Source: a virus
Taxonomy: Duplodnaviria; Caudoviricetes
Length of the DNA: 64,000 nucleotides
Direction: 5' to 3' (one strand)
IMG/VR virus record: IMGVR_UViG_3300025066_000007
Shown: one piece after another, positions 58,620-64,000 of the stretch
Layout: each line of letters starts with the position of its first letter
Numbering within the stretch: the first letter of the stretch is position 1
Notes under the pieces: generated by a model
The model's input: only the letters and a program-made list of their open reading frames with translations
What the model was told of the DNA's origin: nothing
Database searches by the model: none
Position numbers and translations under genes: made by a program

Positions 58620-59571
58620 GCGCTCTCTCCACCCTTCTTGTCAGCCAGGGACTATTAATTATCGATATAGCAGGCATAATCCATGGAAAGTTGTCCTTAG
58701 ATATACACTCTGCTAACCGGGAGATAACCTGTTCGTCAGGCGTATCTGCAAAGAGCATAATCATTCGCTCGGCATGAGCAATTTTATTTTCAAATTCTTC
58801 AGCACTATCCTCTTCCCTATCGCGAATAATTGCGTACCTCCAAGACCTAATACTCTGAGACAAGTGCTCTGCAACCAGCCTCTTGAGACTGACAGGAGAA
58901 GACTTTGCAATTGCCCTAATCAGATTGTCTGACAGAAGGTTTTTCTGTGCCGCCTTGAAAAGAATCTGTCGCTTAATATCGATAGCACCCGGGGCTCTCT
59001 TTACTTTAAAAAAGCAATAATCAAAAAACTTTGGATCTTCTGAGTTTTCCAGGCCAAGACTTCTAATGCTTATCGCCTCTGGGCTATCTCCTCCGAGATC
59101 TGCCCGCGAAAGTGCATCTAAATAATCATACCCCTTATCCACCAGAGGAATTAACGCAGCCTTTGCATCTAATTCCTCTTCTGTGAGGGAGGCTTTTTGC
59201 TTCAGATAAGAGTACATCTTTTCTAGCCAAGCGTAACAGCTCTCTGAGCTTAATAGATCACACCTGTGCCCTATGTTAAGAGATTGATTGACAATTAGAT
59301 GAAATAATCTCACTCTTTCATTAGGACAATTATCCCAAATATGCTGAATAGATTCATCTTTAATGATAGGATTGTTACTGTAATAGTATTGCGATTCATT
59401 AATTGCACATTTTACAGCATACTTATAAATCTCGTCATACGGCAATGGCATATCCTGGTTAGAACTGCCTTCATATTCATAACGAGCACTAAACCCTTCA
59501 AACATCTTATATCCTTTCTTGAGGAAAGCCCGGACAATAGCCCTAAGAAGCTTCCATTCTCTGTTGTACAA
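58603..59571 (-). CDS. Hypothetical helical protein
   Basis: 322-aa ORF. Confidence 0.7.
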   Translation of the reverse strand: MYNREWKLLRAIVRAFLKKGYKMFEGFSARYEYEGSSNQDMPLPYDEIYKYAVKCAINESQYYYSNNPIIKDESIQHIWDNCPNERVRLFHLIVNQSLNIGHRCDLLSSESCYAWLEKMYSYLKQKASLTEEELDAKAALIPLVDKGYDYLDALSRADLGGDSPEAISIRSLGLENSEDPKFFDYCFFKVKRAPGAIDIKRQILFKAAQKNLLSDNLIRAIAKSSPVSLKRLVAEHLSQSIRSWRYAIIRDREEDSAEEFENKIAHAERMIMLFADTPDEQVISRLAECISKDNFPWIMPAISIINSPWLTRRVERALEALE

Positions 59572-60262
59572 GCTTGGCGACCCACTTTGACTTTAGATTT
59601 CTATTTGCCAATACAAGTGGAAGAAAATCAAGAGGAACCTTCGTTACCATTATGGAAAACGGACGTTTAGCAATCTCCTTCATTATAATCTCACTTAGTT
59701 TCTCGTAACCAAATGGTGCAGCCTCTGCTCCCATGGCTCGAATCTCTGCCATCTTATCGGCAAGCATATCATCCAAACACTCTGCCGGCCCTAGCCTTTC
59801 AAAAACTGTTTTTCGAACAACTTTGTCCTTATCTTTCTTCAAAGATCGCAATACTTTTATAGAGCAGCCTTTAGCCGCAATTCTTCGCTCATTAATTGTC
59901 CCGGACTTTGCTAGCTTGTCAAGGACTTTTATATCCGAGTAAAAGCCATTAGACAAGCAGATCAGCCTAACAGGCTCTGGGCCTGTTAAGAGAGCGCTAT
60001 CTCCGATAGTAGGATACTTTTTTAGTAAGCTAAAAACGAAATCTTTAGCATAGTAGGAGCTCCACCTATGAGAGCCTAAGAGAGCATCATTATAATTCTT
60101 TTTAGAAGCCAGAAGATATCTCGCCTGCTCCTCCGAAGCTCCGCTCTTTAAGGAGTCTACCCTTGAGCGAAAGCTCTGCCAGTTGCCATAGGTGCTAAAT
60201 ACACTTTTTATCTCCTTTACAAATTCGCTATTACTATTACTATTGCTCACAGCATCTATCAC
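59543..60262 (-). CDS. Hypothetical helical-repeat protein
   Basis: 239-aa ORF with HEAT/LRV-like stretches (DKDKVVRKTV..DKMAEIRAM). Confidence 0.65.
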   Translation of the reverse strand: MIDAVSNSNSNSEFVKEIKSVFSTYGNWQSFRSRVDSLKSGASEEQARYLLASKKNYNDALLGSHRWSSYYAKDFVFSLLKKYPTIGDSALLTGPEPVRLICLSNGFYSDIKVLDKLAKSGTINERRIAAKGCSIKVLRSLKKDKDKVVRKTVFERLGPAECLDDMLADKMAEIRAMGAEAAPFGYEKLSEIIMKEIAKRPFSIMVTKVPLDFLPLVLANRNLKSKWVAKLVQQRMEAS

Positions 60263-61127
60263 CTTCCGTTTCTAGTTCATTCATATTTTTTACAAAAAAA
60301 CCCGCAGCATTCTTGTGACCTCCGCCACCAAACTCCAGAGCTATAGTAGACACATCCATCCTATTCTCCTTTGACCTTAATGAAAACCTAAATTTTTCTC
60401 CGTCGAAGTAGTACACCGCAGCAAATTCTTCATCTTCACATAGAATGTTTCCTATTTCCGATTGAAAAGACGAAGAGTTTACTGCAGGAACATTTTCCCC
60501 TGCAATATTTAGACGATGAACATTTGAGAGCATCATCTTCACCAGAGTTTCTTTGTACCTGAGAATATCCCCTCCAGCAGAAACAACCTTGCTCCACGCT
60601 GGAGAGCACGGCTCCCCAAGCTCCAGGCTCAAGCGGTTCCATTCGGAAAAGCTTTTTTTATGCGAATCAACTACAGACAATACCTCTTCGGCCTTATCTA
60701 GCTCCCAAGTCCACAAGTCTCTGTCTTGAATATACCTAAGAAGAGGTGGGACAGGCTTTCTTTTAAAGAGAAACTTCCATGCCAAAACTGCTCCAGATTG
60801 GCTCATATCGAAATGGCAATACTCCAAATCTCCGCAGCTTTCTTGGGAAGTCTTATGGTGGTCAATGACCGTTAGCGTGTTCGCTTCCTCTTCTAACTCT
60901 TCCAATATAGCCCTAGGATAACAAAAGTCAACAATAAATACATCGCGTCCAGTGACCACCGGAGGCTCGTCGCTATGACGAACCGGAACATATTTAGCTT
61001 TCGCTCCATACTTCTGATAAAAAGCCCACGCTGCGCCGAAGCCATCTGGACAGCCGGCATGATAAAGAACCGTTACTCTTGACACTCTACACTTCCTTCG
61101 GGGAATAAGAATACACAATATCCTCAA
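60240..61127 (-). CDS. DHH/DHHA1 phosphoesterase (nanoRNase-like)
   Basis: YHAGCPDG, DFCY, IDHHKT, DRDLW, GGGHKNAAGF. Confidence 0.9.
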   Translation of the reverse strand: MRILCILIPRRKCRVSRVTVLYHAGCPDGFGAAWAFYQKYGAKAKYVPVRHSDEPPVVTGRDVFIVDFCYPRAILEELEEEANTLTVIDHHKTSQESCGDLEYCHFDMSQSGAVLAWKFLFKRKPVPPLLRYIQDRDLWTWELDKAEEVLSVVDSHKKSFSEWNRLSLELGEPCSPAWSKVVSAGGDILRYKETLVKMMLSNVHRLNIAGENVPAVNSSSFQSEIGNILCEDEEFAAVYYFDGEKFRFSLRSKENRMDVSTIALEFGGGGHKNAAGFFVKNMNELETEGDRCCEQ

Positions 61128-62117
61128 TTAAAATACAATTAGCGTTTATCACTTCTGTTATAAAATCACACATAATGTTTAAGCTTGAGAAGGATCGAAT
61201 TAGACCTTCATGAATAAGCTTAAACTTTCCAAACTCTTTTAAGATATCACACTTGCTAATAACTAAATTAGTTGTTCCCGTAAGATTAACTGCCTTAACC
61301 AGATAGTCGAGATTCAGCCAATTAACCTTTCTTGGCCTTCCTGTCGTTACTCCAAACTCTTCTCCCATTTTAGCGATTACAGACAAGTCCTTATCTTCAA
61401 GCAAACTGCTTGGAAATCTCGGATCTTCCCCAGACTTCGTATCATATATCTTTGCAGCGCCCCAAATCGCATTAACCCTCTGAGGCGGAAACCCCAGAGA
61501 GCAAGCGCCATAAGGCAGGGTGATAGAAGAAGTTACATAAGGATAAAGGCCATGATCAATATCAAGCCAAACGCCCTGCGCTCCTTCACACAAAAGCCTT
61601 CCCTCTAACTTCTCATCCCAAATATATTTCGGATCCAATACATCTTTTGCCAAGATTCCAATTCTAGCCGCTTTATCCGCATAGCAAGGGGCTATTCCCC
61701 TGCCCGTAGTTCCAAGCCTTGGAGCCAAATGCTCCTTATCATAGGCTATTTGAGAATCAGTTACGATATGACATTTTGGAGAAACCTTGATCAGCGTAGT
61801 ATCAAATCCATTTTTATCCAAGTAAGAAACCTCTTCTTCAAAGGAGCTTGGATGCAAGATGCACCCAGGGCCAATAACAGAAGTTACTCCATAAAATACA
61901 CCAGATGGAATTAAGTGAGTTTTATACTTTTCTCCATCGACCCATACGGTGTGTCCTGCGTTATTACCCCCTGCCCATCTTGCCACAACATCATAGTTGC
62001 CACTACTCGCCAGATGTGCAGTAATCTTTCCTTTTGCTTCGTCACCTTTTTATGTTGAGATTGACCCGAAGGTCAACCCCAGCATAAACCGACGACAATA
62101 TCTGCCTTATCGATCAT
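61087..62117 (-). CDS. purA: Adenylosuccinate synthetase (short form), about 332 aa via predicted 32-nt translational bypass
   Basis: AGGAG RBS; ATG 62117 gives MIDKADIVVGLCWG, and after the gap DEAKGKITAHL..RWAGGNNAGHT; EGAQG, YPYVTSS, EFGVTTGRPR. Confidence 0.9.
62044..62078 (-). other. Predicted translational bypass (ribosome hopping) element
   Basis: Take-off GGT 62078-76, TGA, 10-bp stem with C(UUCG)G loop, landing GGT 62046-44; 32-nt coding gap. Confidence 0.75.
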
Positions 62118-62143
62118 GCTGAATTCTCCTTTTTGATTTTGGT

Positions 62144-62776
62144 TTAAAAAATATCGACCTTACTCGCATCGAACGAGCTAGCTTCAGCATAACCCTCGGT
62201 GGAGGGCTCGCAATTATCAATCGAAATAACTTTTTCGATTTTAGTTGGACGCTTAAAAAAGGAGATTCCCTCTCCGTGACCAGACAGTTTGCCGGAGAAA
62301 GAGATATATTCTCCAGGCTCAAAGTCGTATGCCTTTCCCGTCTTAAAGAAATACTTCCAACCAGCTTTATCGGAACACATGATTCCAGGTGTTGGAAACT
62401 GAGCGTCAGCCTTTGACGCTACAATCTTCTTGACCAGAAGCGGGCCAATCGCGCGTCTCTCTCCGACCACTAGATATGTCGGAGGCTCTAACATGGCGGC
62501 ATTTGCCTGCTCATCAGCCCAGCGATTCAAGGATGCAATCCAATTATCGGTAAGCCTATGTGGAGTCTCGATAATAACGTCTCTGCTTGAGATAAAGAAC
62601 TTATTTTTTGGTTGGTTTTGTAGAGCTACAGCAAGCAGAGGAACAACCATAGGGTTGAGCTTATCAAGCTGCTTCTTGGCCTTTTCCTCCAGCTCTTTAG
62701 CGCAAGGCTTCTTTCTTCTCTTTCTTTTCGTTTGTTGAGGTTTTGAGGGGCTGCTTTGTCCGAAAATCTTGACCAT
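62144..62776 (-). CDS. Hypothetical protein (possible C-terminal OB-like fold)
   Basis: 210-aa ORF. Confidence 0.7.
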   Translation of the reverse strand: MVKIFGQSSPSKPQQTKRKRRKKPCAKELEEKAKKQLDKLNPMVVPLLAVALQNQPKNKFFISSRDVIIETPHRLTDNWIASLNRWADEQANAAMLEPPTYLVVGERRAIGPLLVKKIVASKADAQFPTPGIMCSDKAGWKYFFKTGKAYDFEPGEYISFSGKLSGHGEGISFFKRPTKIEKVISIDNCEPSTEGYAEASSFDASKVDIF

Positions 62777-62802
62777 TAAAAATCACCATGCCTATCCGGC
62801 TA

Positions 62803-62831
62803 GATATAGTGCAGGGGAGGTCTACATTACG
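62803..62831 (-). promoter_or_regulatory. Conserved 29-bp motif (copy 2), putative phage promoter
   Basis: CGTAATGTAGACCTCCCCTGCACTATATC upstream of ORF 62144-62776. Confidence 0.6.
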
Positions 62832-62848
62832 ATTTTAATGGCAAGCGA

Positions 62849-64000
62849 TTACTTCTTGCCAGTCAGCCCCTCCATTCCTCTTTGCTCTCTGCGCGTTCCC
62901 ACTCCACGCTCGACGGCTGATAGACCCCTCTTTCGCTTTCTTTGACCGGAAATCTTCTGGCGGTAAAGCCTTCGTTTGGCTGGAGACTTTTCTTCGCGCC
63001 TTATCTCTGCCATCATTCTCCTCTGCTCTCTTAGATTTAAGAATTCCGGATCTCTTTGAGAAAGCGGAGAAATAGTGTTTTGATCATTAGGGTTCGCAAC
63101 GTAGAATAACGCTCCGTCTGATTTTCTCATTCGTATGTTATCTACGGCAAAAAATTCAGAAGAATTAAAAGTAGGTTTTGCCGACTTTGCCTCAGCGGGC
63201 ATGCCCAATATAAGTTCCATTTCAGGATTTACTGCCTCATCTTTCTTGTAAAGATCTCCGATCCTTTTCTTCCAAGTTGAAGAAAGGGCTGCATACTCAG
63301 GCATAGTCTCTGGAGTTCTTTTCGCTACGTTTTTGTAAAGAGAGTCTCTGTGAGACAAGTTAAGGCGACCATCACCTGTTGGAAACTTGACATAAGCACT
63401 GAGTAGTGCGTCAGAAGTTGCAGTTGCAGTTTCTGTCTGCTCTGCTTGAGGGACAGTTTTTGCGGCAGGAGAAAGTTTCTGCAGCTTAGCCAATGCCTCT
63501 GTTGGCTTCATATCAGCTGGTACGGCAGAAGTCGTGTTTTCTTTGGTAAGCTTATTCCATGCCGCAGAAGTTAACGGACCCCACCATCCATCAGTTTTCA
63601 GGCTCGCTCCTAGTTCGTTCAACTTCTTTTGAACTGCAACCCAGGGACCCAGACGCTTCTGCTTGGGAGCTTCTTTTTTCTCAGACTCTTCTTTGGATCC
63701 TACTGCCTGCCTTCTCCACAGCTTTACCTTTTCGTCTAATATTTGAAGATACTCCTTATCCTTAGGTCGCTGAGCTCCACTTGCATCTGAAACGCTTTTC
63801 CATTCATTATTTCGCGCCTTCCTCCATAACACATCTGATTGGCGAAGATTATTATCATGCCTCCACATGACATAGAGAACAATTTCATCTCCATCTAAGG
63901 CCTTCTCTGCTATCCCATATTCTTCGCTGTTTTTGCCATTTTTACGATTGTCCAAAAACCCTGCCCAGGCAAGCTCTGCGCCAAAGAAAGCTCTAGCCGG
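62849..64000 (-). CDS. Protein with peptidoglycan-binding-like domain; N-terminus lies beyond the window
   Basis: Frame stays open to 64000; VAVQKKLNELG..DGWWGPLTSAAW. Confidence 0.65.
   Translation of the reverse strand, partial: PARAFFGAELAWAGFLDNRKNGKNSEEYGIAEKALDGDEIVLYVMWRHDNNLRQSDVLWRKARNNEWKSVSDASGAQRPKDKEYLQILDEKVKLWRRQAVGSKEESEKKEAPKQKRLGPWVAVQKKLNELGASLKTDGWWGPLTSAAWNKLTKENTTSAVPADMKPTEALAKLQKLSPAAKTVPQAEQTETATATSDALLSAYVKFPTGDGRLNLSHRDSLYKNVAKRTPETMPEYAALSSTWKKRIGDLYKKDEAVNPEMELILGMPAEAKSAKPTFNSSEFFAVDNIRMRKSDGALFYVANPNDQNTISPLSQRDPEFLNLREQRRMMAEIRREEKSPAKRRLYRQKISGQRKRKRGLSAVERGVGTRREQRGMEGLTGKK

Noticed and set aside
62064-62066. GGT inside the hairpin as the bypass landing site
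   Set aside because: Landing there continues in a frame (GQSQHKKVTKQ...) with no PurA similarity. Only the GGT at 62046-62044 restores the enzyme.
61087-62117. purA as PurZ (2-aminoadenine DNA pathway)
   Set aside because: The reconstructed P-loop keeps the PurA catalytic Asp (WGDEAKGK), whereas PurZ enzymes have Ser there. I recognise no dATPase or MazZ-type partner in the window.
755-63765. Plus-strand ORFs and nested minus-strand alternative-frame ORFs in the track
   Set aside because: They lie antisense to or inside well-supported genes, lack recognisable motifs and look like shadow ORFs.
1-64000. Stop-codon reassignment (alternative genetic code), suggested by the phage release factor
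   Set aside because: Long genes are intact in the standard code, and TAG (e.g. 672, 1154, 13741), TGA (14235) and TAA (1935) all terminate genes at sensible ends.
1-64000. tRNA, rRNA or group I/II intron sequences
   Set aside because: Intergenic gaps are short and show no cloverleaf or intron core by eye. A covariance search would be needed to exclude them formally.

Overview
A 64-kb segment of a large (jumbo/huge) tailed dsDNA bacteriophage in the standard genetic code. Essentially every real gene is on the minus strand, and the plus-strand ORFs in the track are antisense shadows. Modules from left to right: (i) hypothetical, probably virion/head proteins rich in Lys/Arg-x-Ala motifs, plus a CCA/poly(A)-polymerase-type nucleotidyltransferase; (ii) replication/recombination and transcription genes (DnaG catalytic core, RecA, GroEL, RuvC, gp32-like SSB, DnaE, a 2280-aa orphan, a sigma factor, a PD-(D/E)XK nuclease, an intein-containing SbcC, SbcD, a stand-alone CHC2 Zn finger, FtsK); (iii) two paralogous fibre-like proteins, HU, a KH protein and Hsp20; (iv) an accessory region with a peptide release factor, class II aldolase, IMPDH/GMPR, RlaP-like nucleotidyltransferase, ClpP, ThyX, M16 peptidase, vWA/AAA pair, DHH phosphoesterase and PurA. 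The most notable signals are two stop-codon-associated recoding sites that the ORF track misses. First, purA is interrupted in its catalytic P-loop by a 32-nt gap (GGT-TGA inside a UUCG-capped hairpin, then a matching GGT) with the architecture of the T4 gene 60 translational-bypass element. Second, the release-factor gene needs a +1 shift at TAT-CTT-TAG-C, resembling the prfB frameshift but at UAG. Both mechanisms are inferred from sequence only.
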